This document shows positions 19,375 to 29,855 of a stretch of 64,000 nucleotides of DNA, in pieces. Under the pieces are notes generated by a model. That model saw nothing but the letters and a program-made list of their open reading frames with translations, was not told the DNA's origin and searched no databases. The stretch's first letter is position 1, and each line of letters opens with the position of its first letter. The position numbers and the translations under genes were made by a program. Origin of the DNA: Candidatus Babeliales bacterium (GTDB lineage: Bacteria; Babelota; Babeliae; Babelales; JANWKD01); contig CAVRJO010000002.1 in assembly GCA_963722255.1 (NCBI GenBank), forward strand, positions 1-64,000. Reading direction: 5' to 3'.

Positions 19375-20265
19375 TCGTGGGTGTTTTTTATTATATAAAA
19401 CTCTCAGATGGCTCATTTCAACATGCGTATATATTTGAACCGTCGAAAGATTTTCATGTCCTAATAAAAGCTGTAATGATCGTAAATGAGCACCATTCTT
19501 AAGAAGATGCGTCGCCAAAGAATGGCGCAACACATGAGGAGAAACAACTCTTTTAATAGTAGTTTTGCAGCAAAGTTGTTTTAAAATATTCCAATATGCC
19601 TGCCGAGAAATTGGTTTTACAACTCCTGCGTACACAATTGGAAAAAGATAATCAGTATGTCCATGTGATTGCGTAAATTTTTTATGAATTTTTTCTCTAT
19701 ACTCGTTTACCATAACCATGATGTGCGCAGGTAGCGGCACCACCCTTTGTTTACTTCCTTTGCCAACCAGGGTTATAACTCCAGCGTCACCATTGAAATC
19801 TGAAATTTTTAGGGTTGTTAATTCAGTAATACGCAACCCTGCACTATATAAAAGGTAAAGCATTAAAAGATTACGCGTGCCCGTTTCAGAAAGATCTTCA
19901 TGCGCTGCTTGCAAAAGTTCTTGAACTTCTTGTTCTGAAAGATAGTTTGGTAATTTTTTATCCAGTTTAGGGAATACTAACTCATCTGCGGCCGGTTGCC
20001 AGCCATATTGTTGTTGTACCCAACCAAAAAATAGTTTTAACGATGATATTTTGCGAGAAATCGAATGCGCGCTTACCTTATTTTTTTTTAAGTACGCTAA
20101 AAAATTTTTGAGCGTACTTTTATCAATTTCATCTAGCTTTTTACCATTGGTTTCAGCAAATTCTAAACATTGTCTGATATCGTGCATATACGCACTAAAG
20201 GTATTATGTGCCACATGCTTCTCAGTTAATAAATAGGCTTCGAACTTATTGAGTATTGATTCCAT
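19369..20265 (-). CDS. xerD: Tyrosine recombinase XerD/XerC
   Basis: GLRITEL, GKGSKQR, SPHVLRHSLATHLL, LLGH, TVQIYTHV, KHPRS; XerC versus XerD not resolved. Confidence 0.85.
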   Translation of the reverse strand: MESILNKFEAYLLTEKHVAHNTFSAYMHDIRQCLEFAETNGKKLDEIDKSTLKNFLAYLKKNKVSAHSISRKISSLKLFFGWVQQQYGWQPAADELVFPKLDKKLPNYLSEQEVQELLQAAHEDLSETGTRNLLMLYLLYSAGLRITELTTLKISDFNGDAGVITLVGKGSKQRVVPLPAHIMVMVNEYREKIHKKFTQSHGHTDYLFPIVYAGVVKPISRQAYWNILKQLCCKTTIKRVVSPHVLRHSLATHLLKNGAHLRSLQLLLGHENLSTVQIYTHVEMSHLRVLYNKKHPRS

Positions 20266-20302
20266 GGATTTTAGTCTATTTGATTATGTCTTAAAAAAAC
20301 AA

Positions 20303-21415
20303 CTATTTGCTTATAACCACATCACCCATTGCTGTTGTAAATTGTGCTTTAAACTTTCTCTTGCCAAGAAGTGCTGTACAGCATCCTCTTTTTTGTTTTT
20401 GGTTACAATACCATACAGATCCCATATTTGTTGAAGCAGAAATAGTTAGATTGGGATTGTTACCTAATGAATGATAAATATTGCCCATACTTGTTGTTGC
20501 AATAATACCTTTTTTAAGTTTTTCAAGGTTAATATCTCCCATTGCTGAAAACACTTCAGCAAATCCTTGTATGTCTTGTAACGTAATATTACCCATGTTG
20601 GTGCTTGCAATGGTATTTCCAACAACTGTTTTTACAATAACATCGCCTGAATCAGTGTTCGCATTGCATCTACCATCAATGTTTTCTGCGTAAATAGTTC
20701 CTGAATTACTGGTAAAAAAATGTTCAGAGCCATGAATATTATCTACTGTTATTTTTCCCGAAGAGGTATGTGCGATGCAATTGCCCTCAATTGCATGTGC
20801 AGTTATTGTACCCAATAATGTTTTGACCGAATGGCTTTCTCCTTTAATTTCATATAATGTGATATCGCCTAACATTGTTTCAGCTTTTTCAATTGAATTA
20901 TCAATTTCTTTTACAGCAATATCTCCGTGATTTGTTCTAATTAATTGTATTAAAGTAGCATGCGGAACTTTGAGAATGTAACTAACATAGCCTCTCACAC
21001 TTTCATTATCGTATTCTGTAGTTATTGATATCTTATTATTATCTAAAACAATATCCGGTGTGACATTATCAGGCTCAGGACTTGCAATAACAGCTTCTAC
21101 AGTACAAGTATCCTCATCATGGCCTTCAATGCTGACAAATTTTTTGAAGTCAAACGTTCCACCCCGCGTTGAAAAACCTTGTTGTTTGTTAACAAGAAAT
21201 AATGCGCAATCGGAATTTAAATTATCAAAGCGCTTACTCACTGTTCTTGTTTTAATAGCATCAACATCAAAAACATAGCGTGGATCACCAGTATTGGAAA
21301 TAAAAGTAGTTGTTTTAAAGGTGAAATAGTGATCTATATATGATGGGACTGACGAAATGAATCCCAAAAAACCCAAAAAAACTGTTTTAAAAAAACCTAA
21401 CATATCTTCTTCCAA
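20303..21415 (-). CDS. DUF4097 beta-strand repeat (adhesin-like) protein
   Basis: Repeated TxxGxI motifs (TNHGDI, TSSGKI, TDSGDV, TSMGNI). Confidence 0.8.
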   Translation of the reverse strand: MEEDMLGFFKTVFLGFLGFISSVPSYIDHYFTFKTTTFISNTGDPRYVFDVDAIKTRTVSKRFDNLNSDCALFLVNKQQGFSTRGGTFDFKKFVSIEGHDEDTCTVEAVIASPEPDNVTPDIVLDNNKISITTEYDNESVRGYVSYILKVPHATLIQLIRTNHGDIAVKEIDNSIEKAETMLGDITLYEIKGESHSVKTLLGTITAHAIEGNCIAHTSSGKITVDNIHGSEHFFTSNSGTIYAENIDGRCNANTDSGDVIVKTVVGNTIASTNMGNITLQDIQGFAEVFSAMGDINLEKLKKGIIATTSMGNIYHSLGNNPNLTISASTNMGSVWYCNQKQKRGCCTALLGKRKFKAQFTTAMGDVVISK

Positions 21416-21451
21416 CTATCTTTAATTTTTTCTAAAAAAAACGAGCCTTAA

Positions 21452-21727
21452 TCATATTATTTCCTGATCTTTTGAAGGTATTTGAATTATACCACACTCA
21501 TAAGCTTTAACAAAGAGTTGCCATTTCTTTTGATTCAGTTGATTTTGTAATTCTTTTAATCGTCGAAGCTTAATTTTATATCGTACTTTTGGTGGATAGT
21601 GATTTATTTTATTAATCAGAGCTTTGTTTCTATTCATAGTATGAGTACGATTAATAAAAAAAACAGTAAAAACCAAATACAAGCTGATAAAAAAGTGAGA
21701 TTTAATCATCGATGCATATCCAAGCAA
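21452..21727 (-). CDS. Small secreted hypothetical protein
   Basis: Co-oriented between proS and the DUF4097 gene; hydrophobic N-terminus. Confidence 0.5.
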   Translation of the reverse strand: MLGYASMIKSHFFISLYLVFTVFFINRTHTMNRNKALINKINHYPPKVRYKIKLRRLKELQNQLNQKKWQLFVKAYECGIIQIPSKDQEII

Positions 21728-21740
21728 ATACTAATAACTA

Positions 21741-23162
21741 TTAATATGATTTTGCAACTAGTATATCACCAAGAGAAGCTTTATCACAGGCAAAGCATTG
21801 AGCAGCAATAAGTTCATCAAGTAAGCAGCGTATCGTAGCTTTATACTCTTTTAGTTGTAATTCACATTCGCTATTGCGGCACCAACCTGTTTGCCAAAAA
21901 CCAGCAACTTCATCAAGTTTTTTACCAAACTCTTTCAGCTTATTTCCAGAATGCCATTGCTTTTTTAATCTTTCTTGAGCGCGTTCAAACATCTTTTCTT
22001 GGACCAATTCAAGACGTCTTTGCACAGCTTCAATAATCGAATCAACAGGAACTGTCTCTTTAGCAATGCCTATTCGATCAGCTAAAACAACAGTTCCATT
22101 TTTTAAATCACGATAGCCAAGCTCTACACGTAAAGGCACACCCTTTAATTCCCATGTATAAAATTTTTCACCAGGGCGGGTTTGTTCATCACTATCAATA
22201 TGAATACGGGCAATTGGTTTAAGTCGTAAAGCAATTGCATTAACTGCATCCATAAGTTCTTGCTTATCACAATCTGTTTTAAAGATAGGTATAATAACAA
22301 CTTGTATTGGTGCCACTTTTGGAGGTAGTACAAGCCCTTTCTGATCACCATGCACCATTATAAGAGCTCCAATAGAACGTGTTGTAAATCCCCAGCTTGT
22401 TAAATAAGGGTACTCGACTTTTTCATCCCGTGTTTGATAGGTTATACCAAATGCCTTTGAAAAATTACGCGATATTATATGCGATGTACACATTTGCAAT
22501 GCTTTACCATCTTGCATCATACCTTCAATGGTATACGTAGTATCTGCGCCAGCAAACTTTTCACTTTCAGATTTTTTACCGGCAACAACGGGAATTGCTA
22601 AATAATTTTTAATGAGATCTAAATATTCATTCCACATGAGTACTGCTTCATCTTCAGCTTCTTGTGCTGTTTCGTGAGCAGTGTGCCCTTCTTGCCATAA
22701 AAACTCGGTTGTTCGTAAAAAAGGTCGTGTGCGCATTTCCCAACGAACAACATTTGCCCATTGGTTAATTTTCATAGGTAGATCTCGCCATGAACCAATC
22801 CATTGTGCAAACATATGATGAATAATAGTCTCTGATGTTGGACGAACAACTAATGGTTCATCAAGTTCTTTGCCACCAGCATGCGTAACAATTGCAAGTT
22901 CAGGTGAAAAACCTTCAACATGTTTTGCTTCTTTTTCTAGAAATGATTTTGGAATAAAAAGAGGAAAATAGGCATTCTGATGTCCAGTATCTTTAATTTT
23001 TTTATCAAGAACATCTCGAATGTTTTCCCACAGAGCATACCCATAGGGCCTTATAACCATGCATCCTCTAACAGGAGATTGATCGGCAAGTTGTGCCTTA
23101 TACACAACATCTTGATACCATTCTGGGAAATTTGTCGCAATATCAGAAATTTTTTCACTCAT
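21741..23162 (-). CDS. proS: Proline--tRNA ligase, archaeal/eukaryote-like type
   Basis: VRGCMVIRPYG, RPTSET, FLRTTEFLWQEGHTAH, C-terminal Cys-rich domain ending AKSY; no INS editing domain. Confidence 0.97.
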   Translation of the reverse strand: MSEKISDIATNFPEWYQDVVYKAQLADQSPVRGCMVIRPYGYALWENIRDVLDKKIKDTGHQNAYFPLFIPKSFLEKEAKHVEGFSPELAIVTHAGGKELDEPLVVRPTSETIIHHMFAQWIGSWRDLPMKINQWANVVRWEMRTRPFLRTTEFLWQEGHTAHETAQEAEDEAVLMWNEYLDLIKNYLAIPVVAGKKSESEKFAGADTTYTIEGMMQDGKALQMCTSHIISRNFSKAFGITYQTRDEKVEYPYLTSWGFTTRSIGALIMVHGDQKGLVLPPKVAPIQVVIIPIFKTDCDKQELMDAVNAIALRLKPIARIHIDSDEQTRPGEKFYTWELKGVPLRVELGYRDLKNGTVVLADRIGIAKETVPVDSIIEAVQRRLELVQEKMFERAQERLKKQWHSGNKLKEFGKKLDEVAGFWQTGWCRNSECELQLKEYKATIRCLLDELIAAQCFACDKASLGDILVAKSY

Positions 23163-23229
23163 TGTATGAATCCAATTTTAAGTAATAAATCATTTTTTTA
23201 ATAATAACAAATATGTCATGCGAAGTAAA

Positions 23230-23247
23230 AAAATTACTATTTTTTGC
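23230..23247 (+). repeat. IS target-site duplication, left copy
   Basis: AAAATTACTATTTTTTGC, identical to 24698-24715. Confidence 0.93.
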
Positions 23248-24697
23248 TGTTAGCGCAAAGTGATAAGTTCCTATTATAGCGCAAAGTAAAAAGTTCCGGT
23301 TTTTAGGGTAAACTTAATCTTGTAAACAAAAAGAAAAACTCTAAAAATGCAACGGAACTTATATGGAATATATTACCATGAATCGCAAAGAACGAGAACA
23401 GGCAAAAGTGTTTGTTCAGGTTAAAGAAGGAAAAATGACACAGGCAGAGGCTGCAGCCCGTCTGAGATTTACAGAGCGGTGGGTCAGAGAAAAATATGGA
23501 AGATATTGTGAATCTGACGACTTTGGCCTTGTACATGGCAATAGGGGAAAAGAAAGCCCAAATAGATGGGATCAAGGAGAAGAACGATTGTTAATCTCAT
23601 TGTTAGAAAGCGATTGGCAAGGCTTTGGGCCAACCTTTGCGGCTGAAAAACTTAAAGAGTTGCATGGAATAAAGATAAGTCGAGAAGCTGTTAGAAAGGT
23701 CATGATTAAGGCAGGAATATGGCAACCTAAAAAACAGCGCAGCAAGCATCGCAAGCGACGAGAAAGAAGGCGTATGTTTGGCATAATGATTCAGCTTGAT
23801 GGCTCTCCACATGACTGGTTTGAAGGGCGTGCTGGGGTATGTACCTTACTTGTTTTTATTGACGATGCTACTGGCCAAATCCTTTGGCTTGAGTTTGCCC
23901 CTTCTGAATCGATGCATGCTTTAATGACCGCAACTAAAAATTACGTTGAAAAATATGGGATTCCTCAAACTTTTTATACTGACCACGGTTCTGTTTTCCA
24001 TGTTAATTTGAGTAATCAAGAAAATATTAAAAAGACCCAATGGGAGCGCGCTTGTAAAGATTTGGGAATTGATGTTATACATGCCAATAGTCCTCAGGCA
24101 AAGGGCCGCGTTGAACGTTGCAATCAAACCCTTCAAGATCGCCTTATTAAGGAAATGAGACTTGCTGGGATATCATCAATAGATCAAGCAAATAATTATC
24201 TGCGAACAAGCAATTATATTGCAAAGCATAATGCTGCATTTCAAGTTCCTGCTGCCCAAGAAGGCGATGCCCATGCTAGTGCTCAATCATTTGATTTAAA
24301 CGATATATTTAGCACACAAGAGACTCGTATTCTTACGAATGATTTTACTATTACCTACCAAAAACAGATTTTTCAATTAAGCGATCAGCAAAAAACAATC
24401 ATTTTTCCAAAAAATACCATTGTTGTTAAAGTACATTTAAATGGAACCATAAAACTGTGGATTCGAAAAACAGAACTTTCTTTTAGCGAAATCTACCAAC
24501 GACCAACCCCCCAAATTCAGGAGAAAAAAATATCTGACTGTATACCAAGAAAGCCTTCAAAAAATAGCCAACGTTGGGCAGGCGGGTTGCCCCCTAGTGA
24601 GAGTAGGTTGAAGCCGGTCGCGCCGGCCGTGGAGGCGCTTTAATGTTAGGAACTTTTTACTTTGCTAAATACCGGAACTTTTCACGTTGCGTTGACA
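23248..24697 (+). mobile_element. Insertion sequence, IS1202/ISNCY-type, 1450 bp, complete
   Basis: Ends TGTTAGCGCAAAGTGATAAGTTCC and (reverse complement) TGTCAACGCAACGTGAAAAGTTCC, each with an inner copy GCAAAGTAAAAAGTTCC; flanked by an 18-bp direct repeat. Confidence 0.93.
23363..24643 (+). CDS. DDE transposase (ISNCY/IS1202 group)
   Basis: HTH N-terminus; QLDGSPHDWFEGR, IDDATG, YTDHGSVF, SPQAKGRVER. Confidence 0.95.
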   Translation: MEYITMNRKEREQAKVFVQVKEGKMTQAEAAARLRFTERWVREKYGRYCESDDFGLVHGNRGKESPNRWDQGEERLLISLLESDWQGFGPTFAAEKLKELHGIKISREAVRKVMIKAGIWQPKKQRSKHRKRRERRRMFGIMIQLDGSPHDWFEGRAGVCTLLVFIDDATGQILWLEFAPSESMHALMTATKNYVEKYGIPQTFYTDHGSVFHVNLSNQENIKKTQWERACKDLGIDVIHANSPQAKGRVERCNQTLQDRLIKEMRLAGISSIDQANNYLRTSNYIAKHNAAFQVPAAQEGDAHASAQSFDLNDIFSTQETRILTNDFTITYQKQIFQLSDQQKTIIFPKNTIVVKVHLNGTIKLWIRKTELSFSEIYQRPTPQIQEKKISDCIPRKPSKNSQRWAGGLPPSESRLKPVAPAVEAL

Positions 24698-24715
24698 AAA
24701 ATTACTATTTTTTGC
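24698..24715 (+). repeat. IS target-site duplication, right copy
   Basis: AAAATTACTATTTTTTGC immediately after the terminal ACA. Confidence 0.93.
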
Positions 24716-24949
24716 AGCAAAAAAAACGCAGTTAAAATTGTGCCAAATTTAAATGAATACAAATAGATTCGATAAACTTATTTACAATTATCAAAGATGC
24801 AAAATAATGCAACTTCATTACTATTTTGAAAAAAGTCTAAATAAATTAATTAACAGAAATTATTAGTAATAACAAAATTATATATTGTGATTTTTAAAAA
24901 TATACCGTTCATTCTTGCATTGTAATTAAACTAAGGTATAATAAAAACT

Positions 24950-25528
24950 ATGAAGCATATATTTTTATCCCTATTAGTTATTCTTCCCTTTCTTCCCGGC
25001 TGTACTTCTCATGAAGTAGAACAAAATCATAAGCTTCCATCAGCAGAAGAAGTTAAAAAGAATCAGGCAGAAATTGTTGTTGACTTAAATGAATCTGCTC
25101 AGATTATTGTTGAACTCCTAAAAAAAAATAATATTAGTTCAATCCTTACTCCTGAAGCTTTGCAATCAGAAGATACTATTGATACATTACTAAAAAACTT
25201 TAGTCCTGCTCAAATGGCATTTGAGGCTGAAGTCTTAAATTTTATAGATCCAGTTATACTACTTTACTATGATGCTTCACAACCTGAACATAACGGTATT
25301 ATGAATGAATTTTTAGCAACTGCTCTTAATCATCAACAACGAGCAAAATTTGTACTTATTGAAGTAAACAAACTTTTTTCTTTAGCGGATCAAGCTCATA
25401 TAACTACAGCGCCAACTATTCTTCTTATTCATAACCGATCAGAAATAGGGCGCATTGTGGATCAACATTCTTCAATATTTGAAATCGAAATAATCAAATT
25501 GTTGGAAAAAATCACCGCTTCTGCTTAA
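24950..25528 (+). CDS. Lipoprotein with thioredoxin-like domain lacking CxxC
   Basis: Lipobox LPGC; PVILLYY...KFVLIEVN...ITTAPTILL..EIGRIV resembles the thioredoxin fold. Confidence 0.6.
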   Translation: MKHIFLSLLVILPFLPGCTSHEVEQNHKLPSAEEVKKNQAEIVVDLNESAQIIVELLKKNNISSILTPEALQSEDTIDTLLKNFSPAQMAFEAEVLNFIDPVILLYYDASQPEHNGIMNEFLATALNHQQRAKFVLIEVNKLFSLADQAHITTAPTILLIHNRSEIGRIVDQHSSIFEIEIIKLLEKITASA

Positions 25529-26324
25529 TTTTTGATGAAGATTTTTTTACCTTTGGTTTTGTTAACGATGCTTTCAAGGAAGAAATCAAGTCAGTTTCTG
25601 AACCAATTTTTTTTGATTTCTTTTCCTGTGCAATGAGTAATTTAGATTTTTTTCTCTTTTTAAGAGCGGCAACTAATTTTTCAGCAAAAGTATCTTTAAA
25701 AACTGAAATATCAAACTTTTTTTTATTTAATTGATTAATAATTGCTTTTGCCAGATCTATTTCTTGAGTAGAGAGTTTTGGTATACTCTTCAACGTCTCA
25801 AGAGATTCAATATCTTTTATTTCGTAAGCATAATTAAGAGTAGTGAGCAACAAACCATTTTCGTATGGTAAAATTACACAAACATGTTCTTTATCTTTCA
25901 TAACAAAATGGCCAATTGCCACTTTTTGAGTCTCATTTAATGCGCGAGCAAAAAAGAAAAAATGCTTTCTCGTTTCTTTTTTTGGCGCAAGGTAGTAATG
26001 GTTTTCAAGATAAATTGGAGAAATAAGTGCAGGATCGATACATTCAATAATATCAATTTCTTCAGTTTTTATCGGTTTCAATTTGTGTAAATTTTCTTGT
26101 GTCAAAATGAAATAGGTATCTTTTTTTATTTTGATACCTTTGACAATACTATTCCACTCGACTTCTTTATTGCAGTGATTGCACCACTTTTTATAGGTAA
26201 TTGGTGTATGACAAACTCCACATAATAAAGTAAAACCAAGAGAATGGGATTGAATTGCTGAAAATAAGGAGACAGGAATTGTTACCAATCCAAAAGATAG
26301 AGTTCCCTGCCAAATAGGTTTCAT
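25512..26324 (-). CDS. ku: Non-homologous end joining protein Ku
   Basis: MKPIWQGTLSFGLVTIPV, YYLAP, basic C-terminal tail; CxxC...CxxC in the bridge region. Confidence 0.93.
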   Translation of the reverse strand: MKPIWQGTLSFGLVTIPVSLFSAIQSHSLGFTLLCGVCHTPITYKKWCNHCNKEVEWNSIVKGIKIKKDTYFILTQENLHKLKPIKTEEIDIIECIDPALISPIYLENHYYLAPKKETRKHFFFFARALNETQKVAIGHFVMKDKEHVCVILPYENGLLLTTLNYAYEIKDIESLETLKSIPKLSTQEIDLAKAIINQLNKKKFDISVFKDTFAEKLVAALKKRKKSKLLIAQEKKSKKIGSETDLISSLKASLTKPKVKKSSSKIKQKR

Positions 26325-27208
26325 AACTCTTGTCCCTCAAGGTATTCGACTATTTCTTGCTTTCCTAATTGCCGTGCCAAAAGCAGTGGTGTTTTACCAT
26401 CATAATCAACTGATCCTAGAGGTGCATAATATTCTTTAATGAGTGTTTGTATGAGAGGCAAATTGCCATTCCTCACTGCCTCATGAAGCAAGGTTGAATC
26501 CGTTTCATTGGATACTTTTATATCAATTTTGATAGTCCCCTTTTTGCCAAACAGATAATCAAGAATATCTTGTACACATTTTAGTGCAACATCAGCTTTG
26601 GCCAAATATGCTATTGGAAGAAATCCTTGTCGATCATAACGTTGTTCTGCTTCAAATTTTTCCATAAGCATTTTAATAAGGGATATAGATTTTTTTTCAA
26701 AAGCAATGTGTAATGGCGTTTTTAAGCTCTTGGGGTCTATAGGTCTGTCAACATTTATTAAAAAATGCTCAACAAGATATGCCGCAATTCCTGAACGAAC
26801 ACGATTTAAGCTCGCATAAAATTCTCCTTGCAAGCATGTTGAACATTCTGCATTACGTTCAACTAAAAGTTTTACAATGTCAGAATGACCTTTACTAATG
26901 GCAATATGTAGATGCGACTTTTGATAATATGGTTCATTCAAATCAATGTCAAATGTATCAAACATTACGATAGCTTTATCAATATTATTTTCTCTTAATG
27001 ACCGTCGGAATGAGTTGCTGTCTTCATTGGTCATTATCTTGGTTTTTTTTGATGCGAGGAAAGTTCTTTTTGTAGACCCGGAGATTGCATTGAATTTTCT
27101 TTTTCTGAACCAATAATTCTGAGTATTATCTGGGTTACGATCTACTTCCATTCCTAAACAGGCAATAACAATGAAAGGAATAAAGCTTAGCATAGAGATA
27201 ATTTTCAT
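26321..27208 (-). CDS. Ankyrin repeat protein, secreted
   Basis: LHIAISKGH, KTPLHIA, LLHEAVRNGN, GKTPLLLA; signal + GME. Confidence 0.9.
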   Translation of the reverse strand: MKIISMLSFIPFIVIACLGMEVDRNPDNTQNYWFRKRKFNAISGSTKRTFLASKKTKIMTNEDSNSFRRSLRENNIDKAIVMFDTFDIDLNEPYYQKSHLHIAISKGHSDIVKLLVERNAECSTCLQGEFYASLNRVRSGIAAYLVEHFLINVDRPIDPKSLKTPLHIAFEKKSISLIKMLMEKFEAEQRYDRQGFLPIAYLAKADVALKCVQDILDYLFGKKGTIKIDIKVSNETDSTLLHEAVRNGNLPLIQTLIKEYYAPLGSVDYDGKTPLLLARQLGKQEIVEYLEGQEL

Positions 27209-27284
27209 AGTTTGATCCTTTTCTTGATACAGCTTAGTAAAAATAGAAGTGAATTTGCAAGGAACTTTTAAAAAAAAATTTGAC

Positions 27285-28076
27285 TTACGTGCTTTCTAAG
27301 CGAGCTAATCCATTGCTCCTACTTCTTTCAAAAACTAATTTGAAAAAAACTAGAATAACAATCAGATAAAAAAATGTTAATCCTGCTGCAATACCAAGAC
27401 TTTTATAAGGAATAATTCCTTCGAGAATAAATAATCGAAGACCTTCAAAGATGTGTGATTGAGGAATAATCATTGAAAAATACTGAGCCCATAGTGGCAA
27501 AACTTTTACAGAATAAAAAATCCCACTAAAAGGTACAAAAATCCATGCGACAACCCATACCAATTCTTGAACACTTAATCCCCAATAAACAATTCCTGAT
27601 GCAGTTAAAAATCCAACTATCCATCCTGTAAGAACAATTAATGCAACGAATGGGGCAAGCATCCAACCTAACGTAAGAATGTTAATGCCATAAAGAAACC
27701 ATATACAGCTCATGCCAAAAATAAAGGTAAAAACAGATTTTAATAATCCTATACCAATAACTGCAATCATCCATTCATTGAGCTGTAATGGCGTTGAAAA
27801 AAGTGCTGTAAAATTATGAGATCTTAATTCATCAAGTAAACTAAAACAGATTTCCATATTGGTTCTAAAAAGAATTTGCCAAATTATCAATGATGCTACG
27901 AGTGCTAGAGTAAGAGTTGGCGATTGGTTTTGAAACTGTTCGTTCCAAACACTATTAAATCCCCAAATAACAATATTTATAAAAGGCCAAAACATAAGAT
28001 CAATAAGCCTTTGAAATACTCTAAATGTTAATAAAAGATGCCGAAGCATTACAGCTTGAATTCTATATAATTTCAT
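27285..28076 (-). CDS. ABC-2 transporter permease
   Basis: Six TM segments; FSGIFYSVKVLPLW motif. Confidence 0.9.
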   Translation of the reverse strand: MKLYRIQAVMLRHLLLTFRVFQRLIDLMFWPFINIVIWGFNSVWNEQFQNQSPTLTLALVASLIIWQILFRTNMEICFSLLDELRSHNFTALFSTPLQLNEWMIAVIGIGLLKSVFTFIFGMSCIWFLYGINILTLGWMLAPFVALIVLTGWIVGFLTASGIVYWGLSVQELVWVVAWIFVPFSGIFYSVKVLPLWAQYFSMIIPQSHIFEGLRLFILEGIIPYKSLGIAAGLTFFYLIVILVFFKLVFERSRSNGLARLEST

Positions 28077-28082
28077 AGTTTT

Positions 28083-28877
28083 TTATTCATATCGTTCTAA
28101 TCGAGAAAGTCCCCAAATTTTACTTTTTTCAAAAGCAAACTTAAATAACAAGATTGCGCACATAAGATATACTAAAATTAAAAAGAAACAAATAGCTAAT
28201 AAATGTAAAGGAAGAACATTGGTTGTTATAATAGATCGAAGGCTTTCAAAAAGATATGACATTGGAATGCATTGTGCTATCATTTGAGCCCAATGTGGCA
28301 AAACAGAGATCGGATAAAAAACTCCGCTAAAAGGTGCAAAGAACCAGCCCATTACCCAAGCTAAGGTTTGTATTTTTTGTCCCCAATATGCTACTGCTGC
28401 CGTTGTTAAAAAACCAATCGCCCAACCTATCGCTATCATCATTATTAAATAAACAATTAATATATATCCTGGCTTTAAAATATTGAGGCCATAAAAAACC
28501 CAAATAACATATGCCCCGAATAAAAAAGTGAACATACTTTTAAGAAACCCAACGATCATAACAGCAATGATCCATTCAGAAATCTTAATCGGCGTCGAAA
28601 AAAGATTAATAAGATTGTGTGACCATAATTCATCTAAAAAGCTAAAACTAATTTCTAATTGTGATCGTAATATTACTTGCCAAAAGACTAATGCGGATAA
28701 TAATACCAATGACATATTTATTGTATGTATATTATTTCCTTGAATCCAACGCGCTGTAAAACCCCAGATAATAATTTCTAATAAGGGCCAATATATAAGA
28801 TCTATAAATCGATGAAAATCACGAAATGTTAATATCAAATGTCTTAAAACAACTGCTTTGATTCGATATATTTTCAT
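28083..28877 (-). CDS. ABC-2 transporter permease
   Basis: Paralog of its neighbour; FSGVFYPISVLPHW. Confidence 0.9.
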   Translation of the reverse strand: MKIYRIKAVVLRHLILTFRDFHRFIDLIYWPLLEIIIWGFTARWIQGNNIHTINMSLVLLSALVFWQVILRSQLEISFSFLDELWSHNLINLFSTPIKISEWIIAVMIVGFLKSMFTFLFGAYVIWVFYGLNILKPGYILIVYLIMMIAIGWAIGFLTTAAVAYWGQKIQTLAWVMGWFFAPFSGVFYPISVLPHWAQMIAQCIPMSYLFESLRSIITTNVLPLHLLAICFFLILVYLMCAILLFKFAFEKSKIWGLSRLERYE

Positions 28878-28892
28878 GAAAATAGTTGCTCC

Positions 28893-29855
28893 TTATTGTT
28901 TTGCAATATGCAAAAAATAGTCTTGCAAAGTTGGCTTCTCTATGGATATTTGAGAGTACGCAACTTCCTTTTGTGCAAGTTTTGATAAAAACTGAGCAAC
29001 ATCTCGCTCATCAATGTGAATTTCAATAAAGTGATCACTAACCTTATAGTATAATTTTTGCTCTTGTGCTAACTGTTCTGATTTTACCAAGCTTTCTTTG
29101 CCAACCATCAAACTAACACGCGTTTTTGAAATGCTTGAAGCTATTTCTTCCGGTGTATTATTTGCAATTATTGAACCATTTTTTAAAATTAATACTCGAT
29201 CGCATATTTCTTCAACTTCTGCCATATTATGTGAAGTAAAAAGAACAGAAATTTTACGTTCTTTTTGTTGCTGCACTACAAAATTTCGAACATCAAATGC
29301 CACATCAGGATCTAAGGAAGCCGTTGGTTCATCCAGTAATACAATTTTTGGATCAGCCAAAAATGCTTTAGCCAACATTACACGTGTTGTTTGACCGGCA
29401 GAAAGTAGCCCTGCAGGCTTGTCTCTGATTCCCCACATACCAAAGAAACTTAAAAATTCCTTAATTTTTGCTTTCCTTAATTCAGTTGGAAGCCCAAATA
29501 GACGACCATAAATATCAAGGTTCTCAAAAATCGTTAAACGACCGGGCAATTTTGTATAAGCACTTGCAAATGCAACATGTTGCAAAATATCAGAACGATG
29601 TTTAAAAAAATTTTTTCCAAAGTAGGTTATTGTCCCTGATGTTGGTGTCATTAAACTTAAGAGAATTTGGATAGTTGTTGTTTTGCCAGCACCGTTTGGA
29701 CCTAAAAAACCTAAAATTTCTCCTTCTTGCAATGAAAAAGAAATTCCATTAACAGCAATAAATTCTTTTTGAGGACCAAATATTTTTTTTTGTTTAAATA
29801 TTTTTACTAAATTGTCAACAATAAGAACAGAATTGTTTGAACCAATCATATTCAC
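28893..29855 (-). CDS. ABC transporter ATP-binding protein
   Basis: GPNGAGKTT, LSAGQ, LLDEPT, SH. Confidence 0.95.
   Translation of the reverse strand: MNMIGSNNSVLIVDNLVKIFKQKKIFGPQKEFIAVNGISFSLQEGEILGFLGPNGAGKTTTIQILLSLMTPTSGTITYFGKNFFKHRSDILQHVAFASAYTKLPGRLTIFENLDIYGRLFGLPTELRKAKIKEFLSFFGMWGIRDKPAGLLSAGQTTRVMLAKAFLADPKIVLLDEPTASLDPDVAFDVRNFVVQQQKERKISVLFTSHNMAEVEEICDRVLILKNGSIIANNTPEEIASSISKTRVSLMVGKESLVKSEQLAQEQKLYYKVSDHFIEIHIDERDVAQFLSKLAQKEVAYSQISIEKPTLQDYFLHIAKQ

Noticed and set aside
19369..20265. Phage or island integrase
   Set aside because: Size and motifs fit a housekeeping Xer recombinase; no att-flanked cargo
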